A DNA stretch of 32,257 nucleotides from the NCBI GenBank assembly GCA_045863295.1, contig BTWA01000051.1:1-32257 (forward strand), written 5' to 3'. The notes beneath the pieces were generated by a model that saw nothing but the letters and a program-made list of their open reading frames with translations, did no database searches and was not told the DNA's origin. The position numbers and the translations under genes are program-made. Positions 1-10,145 of the stretch are shown piece by piece; the stretch's first letter is position 1, and every line of letters begins with the position of its first letter. The stretch comes from Candidatus Hydrogenedentota bacterium. GTDB taxonomy: Bacteria > Hydrogenedentota > Hydrogenedentia > Hydrogenedentales > SLHB01.

Positions 1-1
1 C

Positions 2-412
2 GGGTTGCACGTGCGCGAGATTCTGGTCTACGCCCAGGTTAATTCGCCCGGAAAGCGCCTCATAATTCCAGCCGGAGTTGGGATCGCGATTCCAGAATTC
101 CGCCGTGCCGGGATCGAACGGGACTCCGTTGAGCGCGACGCCAAACGGCATGCGGCGCAAGGGGGTGACGCTTGCCGCGGTTTGCTGGTGTAACGGCACG
201 CGATAGACGTGTTGTTGGGGCGCGATGGTATTGGGATTTCCCCGATTGGGGAATTGTCCCGTGGGGTGGCCCGGAATTCCGTTCGATTGGATATAGCGGT
301 AGTCGCCTTGAACGGTTATGGATACATACGGATCGATGTGACCCTCGTGCGCGTGCGCAACGATTCCGCTGATCATGGTAATGCCCAATATCCACGTAGC
401 CTGTATTCGCAT
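2..412 (-). CDS. YHYH domain-containing secreted protein (5' part; runs off the window start)
   Basis: Manual translation from ATG at 412 (GGGAGG RBS at ~420-425): MRIQATWILGITMISGIVAHAHEGH...YRYIQSNGIPGHPTGQFPNRGNPNTIAPQ...FGVALNGVPFDPGTAEFWN...GWNYEALS...LGVDQNLAHVQP. Signal peptide plus the motifs that precede the YHYH tetrapeptide in this family. Absent from the ORF track because the stop lies outside the window. Confidence 0.85.
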   Translation of the reverse strand, partial: MRIQATWILGITMISGIVAHAHEGHIDPYVSITVQGDYRYIQSNGIPGHPTGQFPNRGNPNTIAPQQHVYRVPLHQQTAASVTPLRRMPFGVALNGVPFDPGTAEFWNRDPNSGWNYEALSGRINLGVDQNLAHVQP

Positions 413-480
413 CTTCTGACCTCCCTTAGTCACCTGTCATCAACGTAATCGATCTTCGTGAACGCAGCACGCACAAATTC

Positions 481-496
481 ATTACGATGTCGTAAT
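481..496. promoter_or_regulatory. 7-2-7 palindrome ATTACGA-tg-TCGTAAT, candidate operator upstream of the YHYH gene
   Basis: Perfect 7-bp arms ~70 bp upstream of the ATG at 412. Confidence 0.35.
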
Positions 497-561
497 TAGG
501 TTCGTATCCGGTCGTGTTGATCGCACTTATATTTATCGGTATTACCGCTTCGCTTTTTTCT

Positions 562-648
562 CGTCACCCCCGCGAAAGCTGGGGTCTATCTTCGTCGGCA
601 GAGGTTGCCTTTGTGCGCTTGTGGATTCCCGCCTCCGCGGGAATGACG
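562..648. repeat. CGTC-type REP-like palindromic element, inverted dimer
   Basis: Left unit CGTCACCCCCGCGAAAGCTGGGGTCTA (562-588). Right unit TGGATTCCCGCCTCCGCGGGAATGACG (622-648; reverse complement CGTCATTCCCGCGGAGGCGGGAATCCA). Each unit is itself a hairpin; the right one matches ATTCCC-N8-GGGAAT. Intergenic. Confidence 0.8.
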
Positions 649-714
649 CTCGGGGTCGGGTGGATGTGTAAATGTGTGAGCATGTGGAATTCCAGGCAGC
701 CGGAGGGATCGCGA

Positions 715-2061
715 TTACTTGGGAACGCTCAAATCCGCGAGCCATTCGTCGGTGATTCGTTTGCCGAGGAGAAAGAATTTGCGGTCGGGGTGCCATAGGA
801 CGAATTCGCCGTTGCGGCGGCTTACGCTGGGGTATACGCCGATGTCGATGCGTTTGAGCGGGCCGATGCCTTGCCCGTCGTTGTCCATGAACTGTTTTGA
901 TTCGGAAAACCAGATGGGTTGATCGGCGTTGGGCCGGAATTCTCCCAAGGCGATGAAGGCGGGGCGGCGGTTTTTGCCGGCTTCCTCGGGCTTGGAGCCG
1001 TTGAATCGTCCGTCGTTGTTGTGATGCAGGAGGACGTATTTGCCGGGGGTGTATTCGTAGATTGGGCAGCAGCAGATTGGTTCGAGAATTGGGTCTCCGT
1101 GATCCGATCTGCGGAGTGGGCGCGGCGGCAGCCACGATTCGCCGTCGTCACTAGAGACGGAATACCAGATGATCCCGGACATGGTGCGCATGGTGCAGAA
1201 GAGCCGTTGATCGGGGAGGCGCACGATGCTGGGTTCCTGGGCGATGCTGACATCGGGTTTGAGATAGTGGGGGACTTGCAGGGCGTCGTGTCCATTGTGA
1301 AACCAGGTGATCCGGATATCTTTCGGTTCGGGGTTCTCGTCGATGTTTTCAAAGCGCATGAAGTTCACGACGCTTTCGTCGGCCGTCCAGGATTTCAGCG
1401 GCGGTTCATCGCGGACTCTGGGGCTGACCCATCGCGACATACCCACGTAGTAGCGGTCGTTGAGATCGCGTTCCGGTTTTTGCCAGACCACCCAATTCGG
1501 TGAAACGGAGGTGTCGGGATTGTCCCACGGGGTGCGTTCCATGGGGATGTTCTGCGGGGCCGACCACGTCTTGCCGAGGTCGTCGGAGTAGACGCCGTCC
1601 ATGCGGCCGGTATGTTGCCGGATGTGATCTACGGGGGAGGTTTCCTGATTGTAGAGGACGTAGATGCGACCGGACTTCGAGGTCATGGGAAAGCCCCAAC
1701 TGCACATCTTGCTGTCTTCCGCCGGTCTTTCCGGTCCAACGACGCGGGTTGGCGCGGCCCATGTTTTGCCGTTGTCGTCGGAACGTGAGAACATGATGCG
1801 GTGATCGCCGGCGCCTTCGTGGCTGCTTTGTGTCCAGACGGCCATGAGTGACTTGTCAGGTCCATCAAAGACAAGAAAGTGTTCATTGCCGGTGTCGAAT
1901 GTGGAGCCGTCGATGCTTTTGGGCACATAGACAATATAGTCGGGCGCGCTTCGCTCGACTTCCACCTGGATAACGCTTTGTGGAGCGGGCGAATCCTGGG
2001 CCAAGCCGATCCCGCCGCAGAATCCGATAGCCACCCCGATACCGAGGGCCAACTTATGCAT
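715..2061 (-). CDS. Secreted sialidase-like (BNR/Asp-box beta-propeller) glycoside hydrolase
   Basis: Signal peptide; Asp-boxes SRSDDNGKTW, YSDDLGKTW, SSDDGESW; AQEPSIVRL..R motif; C-terminal GVYPS. Confidence 0.8.
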   Translation of the reverse strand: MHKLALGIGVAIGFCGGIGLAQDSPAPQSVIQVEVERSAPDYIVYVPKSIDGSTFDTGNEHFLVFDGPDKSLMAVWTQSSHEGAGDHRIMFSRSDDNGKTWAAPTRVVGPERPAEDSKMCSWGFPMTSKSGRIYVLYNQETSPVDHIRQHTGRMDGVYSDDLGKTWSAPQNIPMERTPWDNPDTSVSPNWVVWQKPERDLNDRYYVGMSRWVSPRVRDEPPLKSWTADESVVNFMRFENIDENPEPKDIRITWFHNGHDALQVPHYLKPDVSIAQEPSIVRLPDQRLFCTMRTMSGIIWYSVSSDDGESWLPPRPLRRSDHGDPILEPICCCPIYEYTPGKYVLLHHNNDGRFNGSKPEEAGKNRRPAFIALGEFRPNADQPIWFSESKQFMDNDGQGIGPLKRIDIGVYPSVSRRNGEFVLWHPDRKFFLLGKRITDEWLADLSVPK

Positions 2062-2288
2062 GTTGTGCGCTCCTGTCCAAGCGATTTGCTTCGCAGTGTA
2101 GCATGTTGGTGGGCGGGGTTGTCCTGTTTCGACGGTTTGAATGGACGAGTCCGTTCAGTGTATTCTTAGTGACCGGAATGGGGTGGGAATCTGGTCCATT
2201 TTCATCCCCGGTACTGCGAATCGTCTGGCCTGGCCTCGACTACCTGCACGTGGCCACCATAACCCAAAAGAGCGAAATCGATACTGCC

Positions 2289-3872
2289 ATGTCCATTCAG
2301 ATAGACAATGCGGCCAGCGCCTTTCCAGAGTCAAGGGAGTCCTCACCGGCGGAGCCGTGCGTTCCTTTACGGCGCTATGCGATTGGAGCGATCGTGGCGA
2401 TTGTTGCGACCGCCGCGACATTCTCAATTATGCTTCCCCGTGGGGTTGGCATTAATCCGAACTCGGGAATTTGGACGTCGATGGCACTCGATCTTCTGGA
2501 CGGTGTGTTCTATCGGCCGGTATTCAGTGAAGAGGGGTATGGCGGCACGCGGTACCTTCCCGTTACGTTTTCGTTGCAGGCGCTGTTCATCACGATCACC
2601 GGCAACACCATTTTGAGCGGCTATTGCGTGGTGTTTTTGAGCGGATTGGTGATGTTTTTGGGGTTGTACCGCCTGTTGCGCGAGTTGGGAGTGCAACGCA
2701 ATCTGGCGATTTGTGGCCTTGGATTTGCGCTTTCCTCCATCGCGATGCAAATAGCGATGATCACGTTTCAAGGCGACTTCCTTCCTGCCGGTCTGAACAT
2801 ATGGGGATTGGCCTTTGTCGTGATGGCCTTGAAACGCCATCCCGCATTTCTTGCGTTTGCCTGTGTCGCGTTTGGGCTGGCGTTTATGTCCAAGATAACG
2901 ACCGTATTCGGCGCCGGTTCTTCCTTTTTCTATTTGTTGTACCGGCGGGAGTTTCTGAAGGCCGGGCTGTTGACGGCGGGGACCGCCGTGGTGGCCGGCA
3001 CTGGCATGGGCACATTTTACGTATTGAGCGACGGCCGGATTTTGGATGCGTTTCGCGCCACGGCCACCGGCGGGATGACATATACCGATTTTCTCCGCTA
3101 TCCGCTGATGATCATTCGCACACTGGGTGTGGATTTCCCGTTTACGATTGTGGCGGGTTGCGCGGTTGCGGGACTGTATTTTCTTCCTCGCCGGGTGCGA
3201 TTCGAACTGCCGACGTTTATGTTGGTGTTTACCGGATTTCTTACCGCGGGTCTGTTTCTATCGCCTGGCGTGGAGTTCAATCACCTGGTTGATGTCCACC
3301 TTGCAAGCGTGGTTTTTCTGGTTGCGAATGTGTCTTGGGGCCATTGGCGCGGTACCATGGTAAAGGCCGTGCCTTTATGCGTGGCCGCATCGGCCGTGAT
3401 CATTGTAGTTTGGAACGTGGTTTGGGTGGTATTGGTTCCGGACTCTTATCGTCTTGCTGATCGCCGCGCGTTTGTTGAGCAGATTCCAGCCGGCGACTTG
3501 CCGGTTCTGTCAGAGGATCCGTTCTTTCTGACCATGAACGGTGAACGTCCGTTTATGCTGGATGCCTTTGCGCTGCATCAGGTCGTGGAGCACGATCCGC
3601 GTGTTCGCGAGGATTTGTTTAGTAGGTTGGAGGAGCGGGCGTTTCGCGCGGTCGTATTGGGTCCCATTCCCTACTTTATGCACAAGAGACTCGACCTTCG
3701 ACTGAAGGGCAAGCAGTTTTACGGCGGGTTTCAGTTTTGCGACGGATTTCTTGAGCAGCTTCAGGCGCACTATGAACCGGTGTTGTTTACGGATCTCTAT
3801 GTGTTGTTTATCCCGAAGCATGCGAGCGCATCTCCGGCGGATGCATCCCCCCGCGGCAATCCTGTAGGATAG
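2289..3872 (+). CDS. Polytopic membrane glycosyltransferase, GT-C (ArnT/PMT-like)
   Basis: Many hydrophobic segments; periplasmic FYRP...GGTRYLP motif, QGDFLP, SKIT; soluble C-terminal domain. Start trimmed to ATG 2289. Confidence 0.65.
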   Translation: MSIQIDNAASAFPESRESSPAEPCVPLRRYAIGAIVAIVATAATFSIMLPRGVGINPNSGIWTSMALDLLDGVFYRPVFSEEGYGGTRYLPVTFSLQALFITITGNTILSGYCVVFLSGLVMFLGLYRLLRELGVQRNLAICGLGFALSSIAMQIAMITFQGDFLPAGLNIWGLAFVVMALKRHPAFLAFACVAFGLAFMSKITTVFGAGSSFFYLLYRREFLKAGLLTAGTAVVAGTGMGTFYVLSDGRILDAFRATATGGMTYTDFLRYPLMIIRTLGVDFPFTIVAGCAVAGLYFLPRRVRFELPTFMLVFTGFLTAGLFLSPGVEFNHLVDVHLASVVFLVANVSWGHWRGTMVKAVPLCVAASAVIIVVWNVVWVVLVPDSYRLADRRAFVEQIPAGDLPVLSEDPFFLTMNGERPFMLDAFALHQVVEHDPRVREDLFSRLEERAFRAVVLGPIPYFMHKRLDLRLKGKQFYGGFQFCDGFLEQLQAHYEPVLFTDLYVLFIPKHASASPADASPRGNPVG

Positions 3873-3952
3873 CCACCTTCGATTGTTTGACCAGCGGTGT
3901 TCACGCCCGCTTGATTGGCCCCGGATGTGGGGCAGGGGAGTCGAGTTTTCGT

Positions 3953-5149
3953 ATGTGCGACATGATTGCGTTGGTACGCCGGAAGAAAGACGGCGTCTGG
4001 TTTGCGAAGAATTCCGATAGGGATGCAAACGAGGCGCAGGTGCTTGAGTGGCATGGTGCTCAGACCCACCCGGACGGCGCCCGATTGAAATGCACCTGGA
4101 TTGAAATTCCTCAAGTACCGGCCACGTTCGCGACTTTGCTTAGCCGTCCATTCTGGATGTGGGGAGCGGAGATGGGGGCGAACGAGCACAATGTCGTCGT
4201 GGGCAATGTGGCGGTGTTTACCAAGCAACCCTATGCCAAGGAAGGTCTCACGGGGATGGATTTGGTACGGCTTGCCCTGGAGCGCGCTCGGACGGCCAAG
4301 GAGGCGAGCGAGGTCATTCTGGAGTTGATGGGCAAGCACGGACAGGGAGGCAGTTGCAGTAAGGCTCATCCTTCGATGACGTATCATAACAGTTTTATAC
4401 TTGTCGATCCCGAGGGGGCCTACTTGCTGGAAACGGCCGGGAAGGAACATGCGCTTGAGCCGATCGACGGTACCCGCACCGTATCCAACACCTTGATGAT
4501 TCCGAGCATGGCGGGCGCGAACCGAGATGGCCTTCGGACGCGGATATCGCGCGCACTGGTCCGGCAGGCGCGGACCCATCATCTTGGGCATAAGACCGTC
4601 ACGGAGCGGCACCTTTTTGCGGCGCTGCGTGATCATGGTTCGCGATATTCGAATCCGCGGTACCACTTTGCGATAGGGGGCATGTCGGCGGTCTGCATGC
4701 ATGCGGGTGGCTTGATTGCCAACGCGCAGACGGTAGGATCGTGGGTGACGCATATGAGCAAGGATGGAGCGATACGGCATTGGGTGACCGGAACGCCGGC
4801 GCCGTGCACATCGATCTTCAAGCCGGTTCACGTGAACCAGCCTGTGGATCTGGGGCCATTACCCACCGATGTGGCGGACGCCCAGTCGTTGTGGTGGCGT
4901 CACAGCCGGTTTCACCGCAAGTTAATGATCAATCCCGAGGCGCAGCGCGAGGCCTTTGTTCCAGAGCGAAATGCGATAGAGGCGGATTGGGTGGAGACAC
5001 CTCCTGACTCGGCGTCGGCATTTCGGCAAGGCGACGAATTGCTCGCGAAGTGGTTGGACGCAATCTCGAAGACCGAGGTTTCGGATGTGCGGCCCTGGTG
5101 GTCCAAGCGATTCTGGCGGAAACAAGACGCGCTTGCCCACATCAAGTAA
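3953..5149 (+). CDS. Peptidase C69 family (secernin/dipeptidase-like Ntn hydrolase)
   Basis: N-terminal MCD nucleophile, FAKNSDR..NEAQ, WMWGAEMGANEH, GLTGMDLVRLALER, YHNSF, PCTSIFKP. Confidence 0.9.
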   Translation: MCDMIALVRRKKDGVWFAKNSDRDANEAQVLEWHGAQTHPDGARLKCTWIEIPQVPATFATLLSRPFWMWGAEMGANEHNVVVGNVAVFTKQPYAKEGLTGMDLVRLALERARTAKEASEVILELMGKHGQGGSCSKAHPSMTYHNSFILVDPEGAYLLETAGKEHALEPIDGTRTVSNTLMIPSMAGANRDGLRTRISRALVRQARTHHLGHKTVTERHLFAALRDHGSRYSNPRYHFAIGGMSAVCMHAGGLIANAQTVGSWVTHMSKDGAIRHWVTGTPAPCTSIFKPVHVNQPVDLGPLPTDVADAQSLWWRHSRFHRKLMINPEAQREAFVPERNAIEADWVETPPDSASAFRQGDELLAKWLDAISKTEVSDVRPWWSKRFWRKQDALAHIK

Positions 5150-5170
5150 GTCTTTGACAATCCGATGTGA

Positions 5171-6136
5171 CTAGCCCGGCCGTTTTACTTCCCCGAGGTG
5201 GACAATCGCATCGCCTCTATGCACGAGTGGATTGTTCGTGTGTCCGATGACAACGGCGTCGTGCGTGGCGCGGACGTTTACGGAAGAGTCGCCAAAGGCG
5301 TCGGTGATTACGCCCATAATAGCGCGTTTCTTTATGCGGTCGCCAAGAGCCGCTTTCAGGTGAAAGATTCCGCTGTGTGATGCGCGGATCCAATTGCTCC
5401 GATCGAGTTCTAGGCTTTCGGGCACATCTCCGTTGTTGAAATCTGAAATCATCTGGAGTTGTGTCATGAGCCGAAGCACGCCTCGCACACCGGCGTCGAT
5501 TGCGTCTTCGTTGAATCGCTGCGGTTCTCCTGCTTCGTAAACAATTGTGGCGACCCCGGCTTCAGAGGCTGCCTGTCGCAGGGAGCCGTCCCTGGATGCG
5601 GCCAACAGCATGACTGGCGCGCGAAAGGCAAGAGCGCATTGCCGCACGGTTTCGTCTTCCAAGTCCGCCCGAATTTGCGGCAGGTTTGTGCGATGAAGGG
5701 AGCCGGTATGCAGATCCACGCCGTGTGTGCACTTCGACACGATTTCTTTCATGACGAGGTGGGCGAGTTGTGAAGCCAAGGCGCCACGCCGCGAGCCTGG
5801 AAAGCTGCGATTGAGATCTCTGCGATCGGGTAAGTACCGGGATTGTTGGATGAGACCGTACACATTCACAACCGGCACGGCAACGAGGGCGCCTGTAAGG
5901 CGAGCCGGCGGCACTTGTTCCAGCACACGGCGCACAACTTCTACCCCATTCAATTCATCCCCGTGAATCGCGGCAGTAAGAAACAATCTCACAGGGCCCG
6001 GACGTCCGTTCACAACGCGCACCGGCATTGTTATATCGTTGTGCGTATAAAGACGGGGGAGAGGGAGTTCGATGGTTTGGCGTTGCCCGCCGTATACAGG
6101 GGTATTTCCGATGATGATGGGTTCCGCTTCGATCAT
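5171..6136 (-). CDS. Succinylglutamate desuccinylase/aspartoacylase family (M14) Zn peptidase
   Basis: [30 protein letters not shown] motifs; C-terminal biotinyl-like domain. Confidence 0.9.
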   Translation of the reverse strand: MIEAEPIIIGNTPVYGGQRQTIELPLPRLYTHNDITMPVRVVNGRPGPVRLFLTAAIHGDELNGVEVVRRVLEQVPPARLTGALVAVPVVNVYGLIQQSRYLPDRRDLNRSFPGSRRGALASQLAHLVMKEIVSKCTHGVDLHTGSLHRTNLPQIRADLEDETVRQCALAFRAPVMLLAASRDGSLRQAASEAGVATIVYEAGEPQRFNEDAIDAGVRGVLRLMTQLQMISDFNNGDVPESLELDRSNWIRASHSGIFHLKAALGDRIKKRAIMGVITDAFGDSSVNVRATHDAVVIGHTNNPLVHRGDAIVHLGEVKRPG

Positions 6137-6630
6137 CGTTTCGATTTGGGCGTTTTACGCCGATAGGAGCGGGCGAGTTCCCGGCCGGTGAGAAACGACT
6201 GGCCGGGATCGACGACATAGCGGTTTTCCAGGGCCGTCCTTCCGAGGAGCATCCGGAAGAGCATGGTATCGCGGCTTGTGAGGGTCATTTCGACGGGCCA
6301 TGCCTGATTGCCGAGACAGATCGTTGTGGAAATCACGAGTCTCATTTCCCTGTGGCCGCCGGAGTCGGTGACCTCTCGTTCGTCAATTACATCGGCTTCG
6401 CAGAACAATTCGATTCTCTGGCGGCGTTGCAAGGGATGGATTCCGAATCGTACTTTACGCACGCCTTCACTGTGAAAGGTCTCTATGGAGAAAGCATGCA
6501 AGGCGGACGTCCTTGCGCCCGTGTCGACTTTTGCTTTAATTGCGGGGATGTTGAGATCGGGAAGTGCCATCCATTCACGCCAGCCGATGATTGGCAAACC
6601 GGCAGGTTTGTCATTTGGCGCATCAATCAT
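6133..6630 (-). CDS. RimK-associated 'ATP-dependent zinc protease' family (retropepsin-like, RimB-like)
   Basis: [45 protein letters not shown] overlap with the downstream M14 gene. Confidence 0.88.
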   Translation of the reverse strand: MIDAPNDKPAGLPIIGWREWMALPDLNIPAIKAKVDTGARTSALHAFSIETFHSEGVRKVRFGIHPLQRRQRIELFCEADVIDEREVTDSGGHREMRLVISTTICLGNQAWPVEMTLTSRDTMLFRMLLGRTALENRYVVDPGQSFLTGRELARSYRRKTPKSKR

Positions 6631-6723
6631 GGAGATCCCTCAGATTCATCGCATCGCTCTTGTGGGATAGTACCTTATTGAACCGCGCGATGTCACCGCG
6701 CTGCCGGGAACTTCAATCCAAGG

Positions 6724-8109
6724 TCATGCTCCTTCAATCGTGTCCATTGCTCGCAGAATTGTCCGATACGCTTGTAGCCCGATATATCGGAAAGGCTCGG
6801 GTGGAATGAACATGGGCTTGCGCTGGAAGAAGAAAGGAACATCGCGATCCGCGTTGACGGGGATTCCCAGGCGAGTCAAGATATGCGGCGCCATGAGGAC
6901 ACCCGCGTAGTTGGAGAGGCTTACGCCATGGCCGCTGTAGCAACCGGCGTGGAAGATGGATTGTTGATCGCCGTTGATTCCGAATGTGGGAAACATGTCC
7001 ATGGAGACGCCCAACACACCACCCCATTGATGAGAAAATGATACGTGTTTGAGTGCGGGAAAGTATTCCCGGAATCGCGCTTTCAGCCGCGAGAATATGC
7101 CGTCATGGGTATCTCGCAGACCACCGTCGAAGAACAATTCGGCGTCTTCGCCGCCGAACAGAATGCGGTTGTCGGCGGTAAGCCGGAAATAGTGAATAAA
7201 ATTCCTTGCCGTTTCCAGACTGGTTCGTTTTTCCGCCCAACCCGTGGCCTCGAGGTCACTCTGGGTTAGCGGTTCCGTCAGCACGATATAGGTATGCACC
7301 GGCATGATCCGATTGGACATGAACCCTGCCGAGGCGCTGTAGCCATTGAGGGCGAGTACGGCGGATTTTGCCCTTACCTGACCTTGCGGAGTGCGGACGA
7401 CGATTGGGTCGCCATCCGCAAGGGATCGCATGGGCGACAGTTCGTAGACACGAACACCAAGCGATTCCGCGAGGAGTTTCAAGCCGCGTGACAACTTCGC
7501 TGGGTTTATGATGCAAGGGTGTGGATCGTATGCGCCGGCAAGAAATGGGCCGGTAATGTGTTGATGGAGACTATCGCCTTCGAGATATTGCAAATCGAAA
7601 CCCATCTTATCGGACAGCGTGACTTCGTGCTTAACGCGTTTGATACGGCTCTTGCATGTTGCCAGCAGGAGGTATCCGGTTTCTTCGATATCACAGTCTA
7701 TGGCATGAGTCTTGACCGTCTGCTTCAGATGTTCAACGGCCTGATACATCAACGCGTAGGCCGACTTGGCCTTGGTTTCGCCCAGTTTTTTTGTGGCGTC
7801 GGTCAAGTCCCAGCCAATCAGTGGCATGGCGAAACCGCCGTTGCGTCCGCTTGCGCCGTGTCCCGCTACCCCCCGTTCCAGCACAACGATGTCGAGGTCA
7901 TTGCGCATGCGCTTTAATTCGATGGCGATTGACAGGCCGGTGAATCCGCCGCCGAGGATGACCACATCGCAATTGGTGTCACCGACGTGGGCGGGTCCCG
8001 GATCCATTGGAATGGTGGTGTGCCAATAGCTGACAGGTAGATGTTTTCCCCGGTCATCGACTGGCGGGGCCACGGACCGATACGGGGCCTCGTTGGATTT
8101 GAGATCCAT
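6724..8109 (-). CDS. FAD-dependent oxidoreductase, DadA/PuuB (gamma-glutamylputrescine oxidase-like) family
   Basis: SYW, DVVILGGGFTGLS, GASGRNGG, INPAKL..GL, YFRLTADNRILFGG, YSGHGV. Confidence 0.88.
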   Translation of the reverse strand: MDLKSNEAPYRSVAPPVDDRGKHLPVSYWHTTIPMDPGPAHVGDTNCDVVILGGGFTGLSIAIELKRMRNDLDIVVLERGVAGHGASGRNGGFAMPLIGWDLTDATKKLGETKAKSAYALMYQAVEHLKQTVKTHAIDCDIEETGYLLLATCKSRIKRVKHEVTLSDKMGFDLQYLEGDSLHQHITGPFLAGAYDPHPCIINPAKLSRGLKLLAESLGVRVYELSPMRSLADGDPIVVRTPQGQVRAKSAVLALNGYSASAGFMSNRIMPVHTYIVLTEPLTQSDLEATGWAEKRTSLETARNFIHYFRLTADNRILFGGEDAELFFDGGLRDTHDGIFSRLKARFREYFPALKHVSFSHQWGGVLGVSMDMFPTFGINGDQQSIFHAGCYSGHGVSLSNYAGVLMAPHILTRLGIPVNADRDVPFFFQRKPMFIPPEPFRYIGLQAYRTILRAMDTIEGA

Positions 8110-8227
8110 GCCGCTTCTCCCTCGAACAGGGGCATTTTACCGGACCGAGGCCGAACATGCCACCGCGGATACCTTTTTTTTGACGGCACGTGTTCGTTGG
8201 ATGGTATTCTACCGGTTACCTCAGCGA

Positions 8228-9169
8228 ATGGGAGTCGTTCCAGTGGCGCATCGATGTGAGTTGGGAGAGCAACTGGCCTCCAAACAGTTTCGCAAGGCGG
8301 CCCGGGCGCTTCGTGCGCCACTGAAGGCGGCTGCCGACCACGACATGGACGGGATACACGATTTTCGGGTGGCTTCACGCCGTTTCCGTGAAGTAATCAG
8401 TGCGTACCGGCATTTTTTGCCGAATCGTCTTCAAGAGGATTTTCGTGCCTACCTGCGTCAGGTAACGCAACGGCTGGGCAAGGCCCGCGAATTGGACGTG
8501 ACGCTGCATTGTCTTGATCATTATGAAAAGGACTGCAAAGGTGTGCGCCGCAGGACTTTTGAATACATTCGCAAACGTCTTTTGGAGTTGCGCGCATCAG
8601 AATCGCGCAATGTTGATGCGGCGGTTGAAATGGTTGTATCGCCGGAATTCGGCGAGCGGCTGGCCGTTACGCTTGGCGAGATCCAATCGAAAAAACACTG
8701 CGTACGCGATGGTCACGTACAGGGTTTGCAATCCCGGTTACACACCTTGCGTGTGCAGTATTTGGTATGGGAAGCCTCGCGGTCAGACGAGGCGTTGCAT
8801 CAGACTCGAGTGGCGTTTAAGAAGTTGCGTTATCGTTGCGAGATTGCCTCGTCCATGTACAGCCGTCGAATGAAGCGGCAGATTGAGGAATTCAAGGCTG
8901 CCCAGGATGCGCTGGGTCAATGGAATGACTTGCGGGTTTTGCGCGGTTACGTGCATCTGTTTTCGCCGGCCGCGCCCTTGCAGGCCGCCGTGGGTATCCC
9001 CGCATTGCAGGCGCTGCTGGAGCGCGATACTGCGGTACTTCTGGAACGATTTCATGTCGAAGCCGGGCCCATACTCGAGCAGAGTCATGTGGAACGGATC
9101 GCTGCCTTCTTTGCCTCACCGGCAATTGCCTGTTGCGCCAACGATCGAGTAGAGCAACACGTTGCGTGA
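8228..9169 (+). CDS. CHAD domain-containing protein (polyphosphate-binding family)
   Basis: IHDFRVASRRFR, LGKARELDV, LHQTRVAFKKLRYRCE, QDALGQWND. Start uncertain (8201 or 8228); the track start overlaps the divergent gene. Confidence 0.85.
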   Translation: MGVVPVAHRCELGEQLASKQFRKAARALRAPLKAAADHDMDGIHDFRVASRRFREVISAYRHFLPNRLQEDFRAYLRQVTQRLGKARELDVTLHCLDHYEKDCKGVRRRTFEYIRKRLLELRASESRNVDAAVEMVVSPEFGERLAVTLGEIQSKKHCVRDGHVQGLQSRLHTLRVQYLVWEASRSDEALHQTRVAFKKLRYRCEIASSMYSRRMKRQIEEFKAAQDALGQWNDLRVLRGYVHLFSPAAPLQAAVGIPALQALLERDTAVLLERFHVEAGPILEQSHVERIAAFFASPAIACCANDRVEQHVA

Positions 9170-9223
9170 CGGAGTGGTTTCATACACTACAATCAAGTTT
9201 CTTATAGAAGGAAGGAAGCGATC

Positions 9224-10081
9224 ATGCGCATGTCTTTTGTCCTGACATTGCTATTCGGTTCGATGTCGGCCGTTACGGCGTTGGCCGACGATTTTGAGTT
9301 GACGGTGATGTCTTTCAATGTTCGTTATGGTACGGCTAATGACGGTGACAATGCGTGGGACCGCCGGAAGGACATTGTTGTAAATGCCATACGAGAACAC
9401 GCCCCTGCGGTGATTGGCACGCAGGAGTGCCTCGATTTCCAGGCAGACTATATCGTCGCGAAGTTGCCGGAATTCCAATGGTTTGGCGTAGGGCGCGAGG
9501 CGGACGGGTCGGGTGAACGCATGGCTGTTCTGTACGACGCGAGGGTATTGTCTCCTGTGGAGTCCGGGAACTTTTGGTTGAGTGAGACACCGGATATACC
9601 TGGCACCAGCAATTGGGAGTCCGCTTGTCATCGCATGGCGACGTGGGCCAAGTTTTATCATCTTCCGACGAAGCAGTTTTTTTATTTTTTCAACACGCAC
9701 CTCGACCATCGAAGTGCACCTGCCCGAGAGGGAGGCATCCGGGTGTTGTGCGACCGGATGGGACACGTTCCCGAGGGCATTCCGGTCATTTTGACAGGAG
9801 ATTTCAATTCCCCCGCGGGGACCTCGGAGCCTTGGAAGACCGCTACGAGCCGGGGTTTTTCGGACGCTTGGTTGGTCGCGGCCGAACGTAAGGGGCCAAC
9901 TGTGACCTTTGGCCGATTTGAGGCCCCGAAGGAAGAGCGCGATGCGCGCATCGATTGGGTACTCACAAAGGGGCCTATCGTCGTAACCTATTGTGAAACA
10001 GTGCTTTACAATGAGAGCGGCAAATATCCTTCCGACCACTATCCCGTAGTGGCCCGCCTCGCGATTTCGCCCTCGAAATAG
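9224..10081 (+). CDS. Secreted endonuclease/exonuclease/phosphatase (EEP) family protein
   Basis: Signal peptide, MSFNVR, GTQE, NTHLDH, LTGDFN, RIDWVL, PSDHYPV; AAGGAAG RBS. Confidence 0.92.
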   Translation: MRMSFVLTLLFGSMSAVTALADDFELTVMSFNVRYGTANDGDNAWDRRKDIVVNAIREHAPAVIGTQECLDFQADYIVAKLPEFQWFGVGREADGSGERMAVLYDARVLSPVESGNFWLSETPDIPGTSNWESACHRMATWAKFYHLPTKQFFYFFNTHLDHRSAPAREGGIRVLCDRMGHVPEGIPVILTGDFNSPAGTSEPWKTATSRGFSDAWLVAAERKGPTVTFGRFEAPKEERDARIDWVLTKGPIVVTYCETVLYNESGKYPSDHYPVVARLAISPSK

Positions 10082-10145
10082 GGATTTCCTGGGAACTGTA
10101 TTCCGTGCAAAGGGATTGTATTGTGCGTGCAGGCTGGAGTTTGTG

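Noticed and set aside
514..798. 94-aa ORF containing RHPRESWG...WIPASAGMT
   Set aside because: Those motifs are the translation of the REP-like repeat, and the ORF overlaps the end of the sialidase-like gene.
3797..4831. 344-aa minus-strand ORF
   Set aside because: Antisense shadow of the C69 peptidase; no recognisable motifs; typical of GC-rich DNA.
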